A DNA stretch of 64,000 nucleotides from an uncultured Actinomycetes bacterium (GCA_963789585.1 CAWBLB010000005.1:27973-91972), one strand, 5' to 3'; positions 35,612 through 45,457 are shown, numbered from the stretch's first letter. Notes: generated from the sequence alone by a model not told the origin. Numbers and translations are program-made.

Positions 35612-36880
35612 ATGCTGCTCGCGTCGGCCGCGACCACCTGGAACCTGGAGCCGCTCCAGCTCGCCCCGACGCTCGTCGCGTCGCTGCTCTACCTGCGCCG
35701 GACGAGGACGCTGGCGAGCCGCGGGCTGCCGGTTGCACGGCTCCGGCAGTTCCTCTTCTGGCTCGGGATCGCGCTCGTCGTCGTCGCGCTCAACTCGCCG
35801 ATCGACGCCCTCGGCGAGAAGGACTTCTTCTTCGTGCACATGGTGCAGCACGTGTTGCTGGGCGACCTGGCGCCGCTCTGCTTCGTCGCCGGGCTGACCG
35901 GGCCCGTGCTGCGTCCCGTGCTCGCCTTTCGGGCGGTCGATCGCCTCCGGTTCCTCACCCATCCGCTGGTCGCGCTACCCCTGTGGGCCGTCGACCTCTA
36001 CGCCTGGCACGTGCCGTTCCTGTACCAGGCGGCGCTCCACAACAACGCCGTCCACGCGCTCGAGCATGCGCTCTTCTTCACCTGCGGCGCCCTGATGTGG
36101 TCCCCGGTGCTCGAGACGCTTCCCGCGCCGGCCTGGTTCGGCACCGGCTGGAAGCTCGGCTACATCATCGCCGTCCGCTTCATCGAGACGATCCTCGCGA
36201 ATGTCTTCATCTGGTCGCAGACGCTCTACTACCCCTGGTACCGGCACCCGAGGCCGACCTGGGGGCTGAGCGCCCTCCACGATCAGAATCTCGCGGGCGT
36301 CGTGATGTTCGCCGAGGGTGGTCTGATCACGCTTGGCGCGCTCGCGTGGCTCTTCCTGCGCCTTGCCGCGGAGGGCGAGCTGAAGCAGGAGCTGATCGAG
36401 CAGGGGCTCGACCCGGTGCAGGTCGCCCGCGCGGTCCGGTTCGGGCGCGCGGGCGACCTGGGCGGAGGCAACACCGGGGCCTGCCCTAGCGGGCGCGGAC
36501 GGGCTCGAAGCGGAGCTTCTCGGTGCCGGCCGGCACCGGAGTGGGGTACTCGCGGGTCAGGCAGGCACGGCAGAGCGCCGTTTCGGGGCGGAGCGTCGCC
36601 GCCTGCAGCCCCTCGAGCGAGAGGTAGGCGAGCGAGGTGGCGCCGATCGCCGCCCGCACGCCCTCGACCGTGCTGGAGGCGGCGATCATCTCGTCTTCGG
36701 TCGCGAGGTCGATGCCGTAGTAGCAGGGAGAGACGATCGGCGGCGAGGAGACCCGCACATGCACCTCAGCGGCGCCGGCGTCGAACAGCATCTGCACGAT
36801 CTGGCGGGTCGTCGAGCCGCGGACGATCGAGTCGTCGACGATCACGAGCCGCTTCCCCGCAACCTCGGCCAGCGGATTGA
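35612..36880 (+). CDS. cytochrome c oxidase assembly factor CtaG-like membrane protein (caa3_CtaG family), with an anomalous 3' extension
   Basis: FFVHMVQHVLLGDLAPL, WHVPFLY, HALEHALFF and LHDQNLAGVVMF match the caa3 CtaG family up to about 36470. The frame then stays open to 36880, antisense to purF. Confidence 0.65.
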   Translation: MLLASAATTWNLEPLQLAPTLVASLLYLRRTRTLASRGLPVARLRQFLFWLGIALVVVALNSPIDALGEKDFFFVHMVQHVLLGDLAPLCFVAGLTGPVLRPVLAFRAVDRLRFLTHPLVALPLWAVDLYAWHVPFLYQAALHNNAVHALEHALFFTCGALMWSPVLETLPAPAWFGTGWKLGYIIAVRFIETILANVFIWSQTLYYPWYRHPRPTWGLSALHDQNLAGVVMFAEGGLITLGALAWLFLRLAAEGELKQELIEQGLDPVQVARAVRFGRAGDLGGGNTGACPSGRGRARSGASRCRPAPEWGTRGSGRHGRAPFRGGASPPAAPRARGRRARWRRSPPARPRPCWRRRSSRLRSRGRCRSSRERRSAARRPAHAPQRRRRRTASARSGGSSSRGRSSRRRSRAASPQPRPAD

Positions 36881-37859
36881 ACTTCATCCGGATCCCCTGC
36901 TCCCGCATGCCCTGCTCGGGCTGGATGAACGTGCGATGGACGTAGCGGTTCTTGATCAGGCCCTCGCTGAACGGGATCCCGGTCGCCCGCGAGAACCCGA
37001 TCGCCGCAGGCGTGCCCGAGTCGGGGATCGGCAGCACCAGGTCGGCCTCGGCCGGTGCCTCCGCGGCGAGCCGCTCGCCCATGCGGACGCGCGCTCCGTG
37101 CACCTCGACGCCGTCGAGGCGCGTGTCGGGCCGGGCGAGGTAGAAGAACTCGAAGATGCAGAGCGCACCGCCGCCGGCCGGTTCGAGCGCCTGCTCCGAG
37201 CGGACACCCCGCTCGTCGACGATCAAGAGCTCGCCCGGGCGGACATCGCGCTCGAACGTGGCCCCGACGAGGTCGAGCGCGCAGGTCTCCGAGGCCACCA
37301 CGGGATCGTCACCCAGCCGGCCGAGCACCAGCGGGCGGAACCCGTGTGAGTCCCGGAACGCGAACAGCTTGCCGTCGGCCAGCCCGACCACCGTCGCGGC
37401 GCCCTCGATCCGGTCGAGCGCCGCGGCGACCGCCTCGTCGAGCGGGCGGTCGTCGCCGGAGATCATCGCCGCGATTACCTCGCTGTCGGAGGTCGACGAG
37501 AGGCGGCTCGTCAGCTCCTCGCGGAGGGCATCTGCGTTGATCAGGTTGCCGTTGTGTCCGAGCGCGACCGTCCGGGCGGAGCCGTGGTGGATCAGCGGCT
37601 GGGCGTTCGCCCAGGCGCTCGAACCGGTGGTGGAGTAGCGCGTGTGACCGATCGCGACCTCGCCGTGGAGCCCCGAGAGCTTCTGCTCGTCGAAGACCTG
37701 CGTCACCAGTCCGAGGTCGCGAAGCCCGGTCAGCCGGCCGTGGTCGGAGACGGCGATCCCCGCCGACTCCTGGCCGCGGTGCTGCAACGCGTGGAGCCCG
37801 AAGTAACTGAGCCGAGCGACGTCACGATCGGGAGCGTAGATGCCGAAGACGCCGCACAT
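36486..37859 (-). CDS. purF: amidophosphoribosyltransferase
   Basis: MCGVFGIYAP (N-terminal Cys), HRGQESAGIA, PRPP-binding VIVDDSIVRGST, and C-terminal Cys ligands. Confidence 0.95.
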   Translation of the reverse strand: MCGVFGIYAPDRDVARLSYFGLHALQHRGQESAGIAVSDHGRLTGLRDLGLVTQVFDEQKLSGLHGEVAIGHTRYSTTGSSAWANAQPLIHHGSARTVALGHNGNLINADALREELTSRLSSTSDSEVIAAMISGDDRPLDEAVAAALDRIEGAATVVGLADGKLFAFRDSHGFRPLVLGRLGDDPVVASETCALDLVGATFERDVRPGELLIVDERGVRSEQALEPAGGGALCIFEFFYLARPDTRLDGVEVHGARVRMGERLAAEAPAEADLVLPIPDSGTPAAIGFSRATGIPFSEGLIKNRYVHRTFIQPEQGMREQGIRMKFNPLAEVAGKRLVIVDDSIVRGSTTRQIVQMLFDAGAAEVHVRVSSPPIVSPCYYGIDLATEDEMIAASSTVEGVRAAIGATSLAYLSLEGLQAATLRPETALCRACLTREYPTPVPAGTEKLRFEPVRAR

Positions 37860-39730
37860 CAGACCGCTCCGAGCTCGACGGCGTCGTCCCAGCCGATCGG
37901 GTCGCCGTCCCCGGGTGCCAGCGTCACGATCACACCGGGCCCTTCGGGGCAGGTGAGCGAGGAGACGGCGCCGCTCCAGGCGGCGGCCTCGCGCAGGGCG
38001 AGCGTCGCTCCGCCGCCTCCGACGTCGTGGGCGAGCGTGAACCGCTCGGCGTTGCGCCAGACGAAGTCGACGAGCCCGGCGCCCTCGCCGCGCAGGAGCA
38101 CCGCCCGGTCGCCGGGTCGCCAGCGGGACGGGATGAGCGTGACGTCACGGACGAGCCCGACGCAGCCGACGACCGGGGTCGGCGGGATCGGCCTGCCGCC
38201 CGTCTCGTTGTAGAGGGAGACGTTGCCCGAGACGACCGGGATCCCGAGCTCGTCCGCAGCGCGGGCGATCCCGTCGATCGCCCGGGAGAGCTCCCAGGCG
38301 ATCTCGGGGCGCTCGGGATTGCCGAAGTTGAGGCAGTCGGTCAGCGCGATGGGCTCGCCGCCGGCGCAGGCGACGTTGAGGGCAGCTTCCATGACCGCGC
38401 TCCAGCCGGCCCGGTACGGGTCGCGCTCGCCCGGCGGCGGGCCGTCGAGGGAGACGGCGAGCCCGCGTTTCCCGTCGAGCCGCAGCACGGCCGCGTCGAG
38501 CCCGGGCCGGCGGACCGTTCGCGAGCCGACGAGCTGGTCGTACTGCTCGAAGACCCACGTCGCCGGCTCGTCGTTCAGCGCGTTCCGCCGGCCCGGCGCG
38601 AGTTCGGCGGGCGCGGCCTGCTCGAGCTCGTAGCGCGGCGTCTCCTCGGTCAGGAGCGCGGCGGGGATCGCGCCGACGGTGCCGCCGCCGAGGAACACCC
38701 GCAGCTCGCCGTGATCGGTGACCTCGCCGATCACCGTGCACGGCAGCTCCCAGCGCTCGCAGGCCGCCCGCACATCGTCGACGAGGCCGGGTCTGACCAC
38801 GGCCACCATGCGCTCCTGCGACTCCGAGATCATGATCTCCCACGGCTCGAGGCCCGGCTCCCGAAGCGGAACGCGGTCGAGGTGGACGTCGACGCCGGCG
38901 CCGCCGGCCGCCATCTCGGCCAGCGATGACGCCAGACCGGCCGCGCCGCAGTCCTGCAGGCCGACGACGAGGTCACGCTCGACGAGATCGAGTGACACTT
39001 CGATCAACGCCTTGCCGCGAAACGGGTCGCCGATCTGGACGGACGGGCGCTTGTCGCCGGATCCCTCGAGGTCCTGGCTGGCGAGCACCGACGCGCCGCC
39101 GATCCCGTCACGGCCCGTCAGGGCGCCGTAGAGGACAATTGCGTTGCCGGTGCCGGTCGCCTTCGCGCGCAGGACGCGCTCCGTCGGCAGAAGCCCGACG
39201 CACATCGCGTTGACGAGCGGGTTCGCGCCGTAGGCCGCGTCGAAGACCGTCTCGCCGCCGACGGTCGCCACCCCGACGGAGTTCCCGTACTGGCCGATCC
39301 CGGCGACCGCGCGGCGGAAGTGCCAGTCCGGCGCTCCGAAGCGGAGCCCGTCCAGCAGCGCGATCGGCCGGGCTCCCATCGCGACGATGTCCCGGAGGAT
39401 GCCGCCGACCCCGGTCGCCGCGCCCTGGAACGGCTCGACCGCGGTGGGATGGTTGTGCGACTCCACCTTGAAGGCGACCGCGAGCCCGCCCCCGACGTCG
39501 ACGACGCCGGCGTTCTCGCCGGGGCCCTGGAGCACCCGCTCGCCGGACGAGGGCAGGCGGCGCAGGAGCAGCGCGGAGTGCTTGTAGCCGCAGTGCTCGG
39601 ACCAGAGCACGGAGAAGACCGCGAGCTCGAAGTCGTTCGGCGACCGGCCGAGCAGCTCACGAATACGGTCGAACTCCCAGTCGGTGAGACCGAGCGCGCG
39701 GTGGAGTGGCTGCTCGGCGACGGCGTTCAG
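37859..39730 (-). CDS. purL: phosphoribosylformylglycinamidine synthase subunit PurL
   Basis: ALGLTDWEFDRIRELLGRSPNDFELAVFSVLWSEHCGYKHS, ESHNHPTAVEPFQGAATGVGGILRD. The start is placed at an in-frame CTG because no ATG or GTG lies near the conserved N-terminus. Confidence 0.85.
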   Translation of the reverse strand: MNAVAEQPLHRALGLTDWEFDRIRELLGRSPNDFELAVFSVLWSEHCGYKHSALLLRRLPSSGERVLQGPGENAGVVDVGGGLAVAFKVESHNHPTAVEPFQGAATGVGGILRDIVAMGARPIALLDGLRFGAPDWHFRRAVAGIGQYGNSVGVATVGGETVFDAAYGANPLVNAMCVGLLPTERVLRAKATGTGNAIVLYGALTGRDGIGGASVLASQDLEGSGDKRPSVQIGDPFRGKALIEVSLDLVERDLVVGLQDCGAAGLASSLAEMAAGGAGVDVHLDRVPLREPGLEPWEIMISESQERMVAVVRPGLVDDVRAACERWELPCTVIGEVTDHGELRVFLGGGTVGAIPAALLTEETPRYELEQAAPAELAPGRRNALNDEPATWVFEQYDQLVGSRTVRRPGLDAAVLRLDGKRGLAVSLDGPPPGERDPYRAGWSAVMEAALNVACAGGEPIALTDCLNFGNPERPEIAWELSRAIDGIARAADELGIPVVSGNVSLYNETGGRPIPPTPVVGCVGLVRDVTLIPSRWRPGDRAVLLRGEGAGLVDFVWRNAERFTLAHDVGGGGATLALREAAAWSGAVSSLTCPEGPGVIVTLAPGDGDPIGWDDAVELGAV

Positions 39731-39909
39731 GCATTCAGTGTATCGGGGCGGCCCGATGCTCCCCGGGCGAGGCGGCCGCCGGCCGGAGCGGGGCGGCCCG
39801 TCGCCGGCTGCCGTCCCCCGAACAGGTGGTGCCCTTCCGGGCAACCCAACCCCCCTTTTCGAGGGATGGCCCCCAGGGGCGCGGCCGTCGATGCATCGGC
39901 CGACTGGGC

Positions 39910-40611
39910 ATGCGCCGCACAATCGCCATCATCGCAACGCTCTGCGCCGCCTTTCTGGTTGCTTCGCCGGCCGAGGGAGGCAGCACGACGGCCACCGGCT
40001 GCGGCGTGAAGCCGTTCTCCTATGCCGGCCTCCAGGCCGACGACAAGGCACACGGCGTCTCGGCCACGCTCACCACGACCGCCCCGCCGTCGGTCTCCGA
40101 CGGGCATGTCGGCGGCTGGATCGGGCTCGGAGGCGCGGGGGCCGGGCCCGGGGGGAAGGCCGAGTGGATTCAGGCAGGCCTGGCTGCTTTCGCCTCTGAC
40201 CGGACGAGCCACCTGTACTACGAGGTCACCGTCGCAGGGTCACAGCCCAAGTACGTGGAGATCGACCCGACGGTCGCGCCGGGCGTCTCCCACCATGTCG
40301 CCGTCCTCGAGATGTCCGGCAGGAAGTCGTGGTGGCGTGTCTGGGTCGACGGCAAGTCGGTCAGCCCGCCGATCTACCTGCCGGGCAGCGACAACGCCTG
40401 GTACCCCCAGGCGGTCGCCGAGAACTGGAACGGCGGCACGGGCGCCTGCAACTCGTACTCCTACCGATTCACGAATGTCGCATTGGCTCAGGCGAACGGC
40501 GGGGTGTGGCGGCCTTTGAAGCAGAGCTCCATCCTCCAGGATCCCGGCTACCACGTCGTGCGCGTCTCGAAGACCCCGGCCGACTTCCTCGCCGCGAGCC
40601 TCACCGCCTGA
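39910..40611 (+). CDS. secreted hypothetical protein (possible concanavalin/peptidase-G1-like fold)
   Basis: Signal MRRTIAIIATLCAAFLVASPAEG. GGWIGLGG...EWIQAGL is reminiscent of G1/A4-type beta-sandwich proteins, but this is weak. Confidence 0.6.
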   Translation: MRRTIAIIATLCAAFLVASPAEGGSTTATGCGVKPFSYAGLQADDKAHGVSATLTTTAPPSVSDGHVGGWIGLGGAGAGPGGKAEWIQAGLAAFASDRTSHLYYEVTVAGSQPKYVEIDPTVAPGVSHHVAVLEMSGRKSWWRVWVDGKSVSPPIYLPGSDNAWYPQAVAENWNGGTGACNSYSYRFTNVALAQANGGVWRPLKQSSILQDPGYHVVRVSKTPADFLAASLTA

Positions 40612-40702
40612 GGTCCGGGCGAGCGTGAGCGGGGTGCGCGGGCCTGCCCTGCCGTGGTGTGCACTCTTTGCCGGTTGCAGCCGGCCGGTGCGCTCGGCGC
40701 AG

Positions 40703-43615
40703 TCAGACGCTGTTGGTCGCGACGATGACCCTCACCCGTGCGAGGCTCCTCGCCTTGACGGTCCTGCCGTTGGGTGATTTGCCGGTCGCGATGGCGATGT
40801 TGGTGAAGTTGCTCGAGACCGTCTTGCTCGTGCAGGAGTACGTCTTCGACTTGCCGCGGGTGAAGCTCTTGAGGTTGCGGCTGCAGCTCGGCGAGCGCGG
40901 GTCGATGACCCTGACCGAGTGGAGGGCGACGTCGCCCGTGTTGGTGACCCTGATGGTGAAGTGGGCGGCGGCGTACGTGACGGCCGTCCTGGTCGCGCCC
41001 GTCCTCGTGGTGGTGGTGACGATCCTGGTCGTCAGCGTCTGGTGCCTGGGTCCCTCGACGATCCTGATCCGCGGGTGCTGCGGCGGCACGAACGCGGCGA
41101 CCTTGACGTTCGCGTGGCCCGTCGCCTTGACCGCAGCGCTCGTCGGCGGCTCTCCGGTCGCGACGGCGACGTTCCGGAAGGCCGCCGTCACGTTCGTCCT
41201 GGCGCAGCGATAGCTCTTCGACTGCCCGACCCCGAGCGCGCCCAGGCCGTGGTTGCACCCGGGTGAGAGCGTGTCGGCGACGGTCACGTTGCTCAAGGTG
41301 ACGTCGCCGCTGTTGCTGACCGTGATGGTGAACCTGGCGGTACCGCCGATACCGAGCGTCTGTGTCCTCGGCGTCTTGGCGATCGCGATGGCCGGATGAT
41401 GAGTCACCACTGGAGGCGTCACCACCGGAGGCGTCGGCGGGGCGGTCACCGCGACCGGGGCCGTGTCGGTCGCCGTCACGTTCGGGCCAGACGGCGGGGT
41501 GCCCGTCGCGATCACGCTGTTGACGAAGCTCGACGTCGCACCGGCAAGCGAGCAGTTGAAGCTGATGCTCGCTCCGGGGGCCATCGACGCCAGCGCGCCG
41601 AGCCCGGGTGACGAGCTCGTCTTCGAGCAGTCGGGCGAGAGCGCGTCGCTCGTGTTCACGTCGGTCAGGGTCACGTTCCCCGTATTCGTGACCACGATCG
41701 AGAACGACGCGGTCCCACCTGCCGAGATCGTCTGCCCCTTCGGGCTCTTCGTGACCGAGATCGACGGATTTTGGGGACTCGACGGCGGCGCGACCCAGTG
41801 CTTGATCGCGTTCGGCCCGTTCGAATGACCGGGCGCCGCGATGCCGGTCGTCCGGGTCATCGTGGCGCCACCGGCGACGGCGGGAACGGTGACGGTGACG
41901 GACGCCTGCATGGTGTCGTTCCCGACCGTGGACGAGCTGGTCGTGATCGTGCAGGACCCACCGGTGGTGGTGCAGGTGTTGCCGGAAAGGAAGTGACCGA
42001 CCGATCCCGAGCGCAACGTGAACGTCACCGTCGTCCCGTCCGGGGGCGCGACGAACTCCGACGCGTTCCCGCTGTTGATGAACACCTGTGCCGTGAACGT
42101 CTGCGTCGCACCCACGACGTTCGATGCCTCGGGCGGGCCGACCGTGATGTAGGAGTCGACCACGGAAGAGGTTTCACCCGGATCGGTGCATGCTCCGGAA
42201 ACGGACTTGTTGCCCGTATCGCCCGCGAAGCTCGCTATCCACACGTACGTGCCGGTGCCCGCCGGCGGCATGAAGGGCGCTGCGGTGTAGGTCGGGTTAC
42301 CGCTGCCCGCCTCCGTGCCTGTGGTCGCAGTCGGGATGGGACCGAGCGTGTTCAGCGGGGTCGTGCAGCCGGCGGCCTTGCTGTAGACGTTGAAGGTGAC
42401 CAGGCTCTTGTCCGGCGTCCCGGCCGCGCTCGCGAGCGTCGCCGTGTCGGTGATCGTTCCGCCGGTTTCGACCGGGCCGGAGGCGCTCGTCGTGAGTGTC
42501 GGTGTCGCCTGCGGGACGGTCAGAATGGCGCAGGCCTCGCCGGACTCTCCGCCTGTCCTCTCCTCGTCGCCGCTGTGGACGAGGAACTGCACGCGATATC
42601 GATGCCCCGGCATGAGGGCGCCGTCGTTGGCCGTCAGGGTGTCGACATTCCAGCGGACCTCCGAGCTGTAGCTCTCCGAACCCGAATTGATGCCGGTATC
42701 GAACGCCTCCGCCTCCGTTCCGAGGTTCGTCCCGTTTCCCTTTCCCGGATCGTCGGCATCGTCGTCTCCAGCTGCAAAGGGCTTCCAGGTCCCGGCGACG
42801 AAGACCGGCTTGCCGGCGCCCGTGGTGCCGCCACCCGAGCCGCTGTTGAGAGCCTGCCAGTCGCCTGCCGCAGGCCCGCTCGAGTAGGCGACCGTAGCAC
42901 CGCTCGAATGGGCCGTTGCGAGCTTGGCGGCCAGTGTCAGCGTGCTGCCGGAGATGGCGGAGATCGTGGTCGAGTCCGCATCGATCGTGATCGTGTCGCC
43001 GACCATGAAGGGGGCGGTACTCGTGACCGCGATGCTGGTCGCGTTCGACGCGGTGTTGCCGGCCAGCGTTGTCGAGAGGCTCGTGACGTCGGTGACGAAC
43101 GCCGCCGGGTAGATCGGTCGATGGAGCGGATCGATCGCGCTCGGGTCGCCGACCGAGAGCGGCGAACCCCCCAGCGCGGCGCTACCGTCGCCGTTCAGCC
43201 CGTCGTCGCTCGAGGGGTTCGCCGGCGTACCGAAGTTCTTGGCGGCGAGCGCGGTGCCGAACGGCGTGGTCGTGTAGCCGTTCGCATCCGCGCCGAGCGC
43301 CAGCGCGTGCTCGTCGCTGTAGAACGCGTTGATCGTCGCACTCGAGCCGGTGCCGGTGATGGTGGCGCCCTTGATCATCGTGCTCTCGTGGAACTTGTAG
43401 GAGCTGTACGGCGTGCCGGGCGAGAACGTGGAGACGGTGCCGGAGTAGCCGCAGGTGTCGGCCGTCGCCGGCGGCGCAGCCGGCAGGCTTCGACTCGAGC
43501 TCGAGGAGCTGGACTTTGCCGGTGCGGCCACCGTGACCATTCCGGCCGCGACAACCGCAAGAGCCGACGCCAACACATATCGGCGGCACCAAACGCGACC
43601 GATCAAGCGTTCCAT
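40703..43615 (-). CDS. large secreted surface protein with C-terminal DUF11/CARDB-like repeats
   Basis: Start MERLIGRVWCRRYVLASALAVVAAGMVTVAAPA. Three C-terminal repeats of the type K.P..QT...GGTA.F.I.V.N.G.V.L..V.V.D.LSP.C. Confidence 0.8.
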   Translation of the reverse strand: MERLIGRVWCRRYVLASALAVVAAGMVTVAAPAKSSSSSSSRSLPAAPPATADTCGYSGTVSTFSPGTPYSSYKFHESTMIKGATITGTGSSATINAFYSDEHALALGADANGYTTTPFGTALAAKNFGTPANPSSDDGLNGDGSAALGGSPLSVGDPSAIDPLHRPIYPAAFVTDVTSLSTTLAGNTASNATSIAVTSTAPFMVGDTITIDADSTTISAISGSTLTLAAKLATAHSSGATVAYSSGPAAGDWQALNSGSGGGTTGAGKPVFVAGTWKPFAAGDDDADDPGKGNGTNLGTEAEAFDTGINSGSESYSSEVRWNVDTLTANDGALMPGHRYRVQFLVHSGDEERTGGESGEACAILTVPQATPTLTTSASGPVETGGTITDTATLASAAGTPDKSLVTFNVYSKAAGCTTPLNTLGPIPTATTGTEAGSGNPTYTAAPFMPPAGTGTYVWIASFAGDTGNKSVSGACTDPGETSSVVDSYITVGPPEASNVVGATQTFTAQVFINSGNASEFVAPPDGTTVTFTLRSGSVGHFLSGNTCTTTGGSCTITTSSSTVGNDTMQASVTVTVPAVAGGATMTRTTGIAAPGHSNGPNAIKHWVAPPSSPQNPSISVTKSPKGQTISAGGTASFSIVVTNTGNVTLTDVNTSDALSPDCSKTSSSPGLGALASMAPGASISFNCSLAGATSSFVNSVIATGTPPSGPNVTATDTAPVAVTAPPTPPVVTPPVVTHHPAIAIAKTPRTQTLGIGGTARFTITVSNSGDVTLSNVTVADTLSPGCNHGLGALGVGQSKSYRCARTNVTAAFRNVAVATGEPPTSAAVKATGHANVKVAAFVPPQHPRIRIVEGPRHQTLTTRIVTTTTRTGATRTAVTYAAAHFTIRVTNTGDVALHSVRVIDPRSPSCSRNLKSFTRGKSKTYSCTSKTVSSNFTNIAIATGKSPNGRTVKARSLARVRVIVATNSV

Positions 43616-43962
43616 AACCCCAACCCTCGATACCCGTTGACTTGGCGCCCCCAGAGCGCGGACTCGGAACCTATCGTAGGCCGGTATCTCGACGCAAGGG
43701 GTCTGGGTCGACCTAGCCGAACGGGTCGATCGACACTCCGGCTCGGCGAGCTTTCGGCAATGGAATCCGCCCTGAGCAGCAAGATCCCGGGCGGGCGCCG
43801 GGACCGCCGGCCCGCGGCTTGAGAAGACCACGGCCGCGAGCGGCAGTCGGATAGAGAGGAGCGCCGGACGGCGCCTGAACGACTGATCCAGTCGGGTCGC
43901 CGAGCGCTGGCATCCACCTCCTGGAGAGCTGCTGGCAGGATGGGATCACATACGATCGGGAG

Positions 43963-44355
43963 ATGAGCCGATACCTGCACACGATGTACCGAATCACCGA
44001 CCCTGCGAAGAGCCGCGCCTTCTACGAGGCGCTTGGCCTGGAGTTCCGGCGAGAGCTACCGATCGTCCGCAACGGCGAGCTCGAGGCGACCAACTACTTC
44101 TTCGCCGCCCCCGGACAGGAGGAAGAGCTCGAGCTGACCTTCAACCACGACGGCCGCAGCTACGAGATGGGAACCGCCTACGGCCACATCGCGCTCGGTG
44201 TCGACGACCTCGACGAGACGCTCGCCCAGCTCAAGGAGGAGGGGATCGAGCCGGAACGCGAGCCCTACCGCGTCCGCGAGGGCGGCTCGCGGCTGTGTTT
44301 TGTGAGAGACCCTGAGGGCTACCGGATCGAATTGATCGAACGATCCGGCGACTGA
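43963..44355 (+). CDS. gloA: lactoylglutathione lyase (glyoxalase I)
   Basis: LHTMYRITDPAKSRAFYEALG...ELTFNHD...YGHIALGVDD...VRDPEGYRIELIE. Confidence 0.9.
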   Translation: MSRYLHTMYRITDPAKSRAFYEALGLEFRRELPIVRNGELEATNYFFAAPGQEEELELTFNHDGRSYEMGTAYGHIALGVDDLDETLAQLKEEGIEPEREPYRVREGGSRLCFVRDPEGYRIELIERSGD

Positions 44356-44479
44356 TCGGCGGAATCGAAGCCGCCCGCCGGCGCGTCTCGCCGGGCTCAG
44401 GCCGGACCCAGCCGGAGCTCGGCGGTCACGATCGACGAGCCCGATGCTGCCTCGCCCTGGACTCTGCGAAAGTTGCGGC

Positions 44480-45079
44480 ATGCTTCTCTACGACAGTCCC
44501 GTTTCGGGCAACTGCTACAAGGTGCGGCTGCTGCTCGCTCATCTCGGGATCGCCTTCGAACGGCGGACGGTCGACGTGGTCGACCGCTCGAATCGTGGCG
44601 CGTTGCTCGGCGGGCTCAATCCAGCGCTTCGCGTGCCGACGCTCGTGCTCGACAACGGTCGGGCGCTCGGAGAGTCCGGGGCGATCCTGTGGTACTTCGC
44701 CGAGGGGACGAGCTTCGTCCCCGACGATCGGTACGAGCGCGCCCAGGTGCTCCAGTGGATGTTCTTCGAGCAGTACGACCACGAGCCGGCGATCGCGGTG
44801 GTTCGGTTCTGGGTCGCGTACTCCGGCCGGCCCGAGGCCTTCGCCGACCGGCTCGAGGAGCGGAGGGCGGCGGGCTACCGGGCCCTTGACGCGATGGAGC
44901 GGCACCTCGACGGCCGTGAGTTCCTCGTCGGCGCGGCGCCGACGCTCGCGGATATCGCCCTCTTCGCCTACACGCATGTCGCCGGGGAGGGTGGATTCGA
45001 TCTCGCCGGGTACCCGGCGGTCTGTTCCTGGCTCGGGCGGGTGGCGGCAGTCCCCGGGCACGTACCGATCGACGCCTGA
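44480..45079 (+). CDS. glutathione S-transferase
   Basis: MLLYDSPVSGNCYKVRLLLAHLGI...VPTLVLDNGRALGESGAILWYFAE (GST N-terminal thioredoxin fold) plus a helical C-terminal domain. Confidence 0.85.
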   Translation: MLLYDSPVSGNCYKVRLLLAHLGIAFERRTVDVVDRSNRGALLGGLNPALRVPTLVLDNGRALGESGAILWYFAEGTSFVPDDRYERAQVLQWMFFEQYDHEPAIAVVRFWVAYSGRPEAFADRLEERRAAGYRALDAMERHLDGREFLVGAAPTLADIALFAYTHVAGEGGFDLAGYPAVCSWLGRVAAVPGHVPIDA

Positions 45080-45133
45080 GCTTCGGTCGGCTCGTCCGTC
45101 CGGCCAGAAAAGTTCCACTTTCGGCACAGTGGT

Positions 45134-45457
45134 GTGACACTCTTGCCGCTACCGTTGTCACGGATGGCGACGGGAGCACGGATGGGGGCGAAGACGACGA
45201 CACCGTGGGGTCCGGCGATCCTGGTCGAGAAGGTGACGCTCGCCCAGCGGGCGGGTGACAGGCGGTTCGCCTCTGCCTTCGAGCTCCTCGAGTCCTCCGC
45301 CGGCGAGCGGTTCGTGCGGATCGCGTATACGACCGGCGGACGCGTCCGGCGCGGGCCGGTAACGCTTCGTGCGCGTGACCTCGTCGCGCTGCACGCGGCG
45401 CTCGAACACCGGCCCGCGCTGGACGAGGCGCTCGGCCTCCGAGGGGGCGGTGCCTAG
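45134..45457 (+). CDS. small hypothetical protein
   Basis: Coding-like G/C third positions and no recognised domain. Its TAG stop shares a CTAG palindrome with the purQ stop. Confidence 0.45.
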   Translation: MTLLPLPLSRMATGARMGAKTTTPWGPAILVEKVTLAQRAGDRRFASAFELLESSAGERFVRIAYTTGGRVRRGPVTLRARDLVALHAALEHRPALDEALGLRGGGA

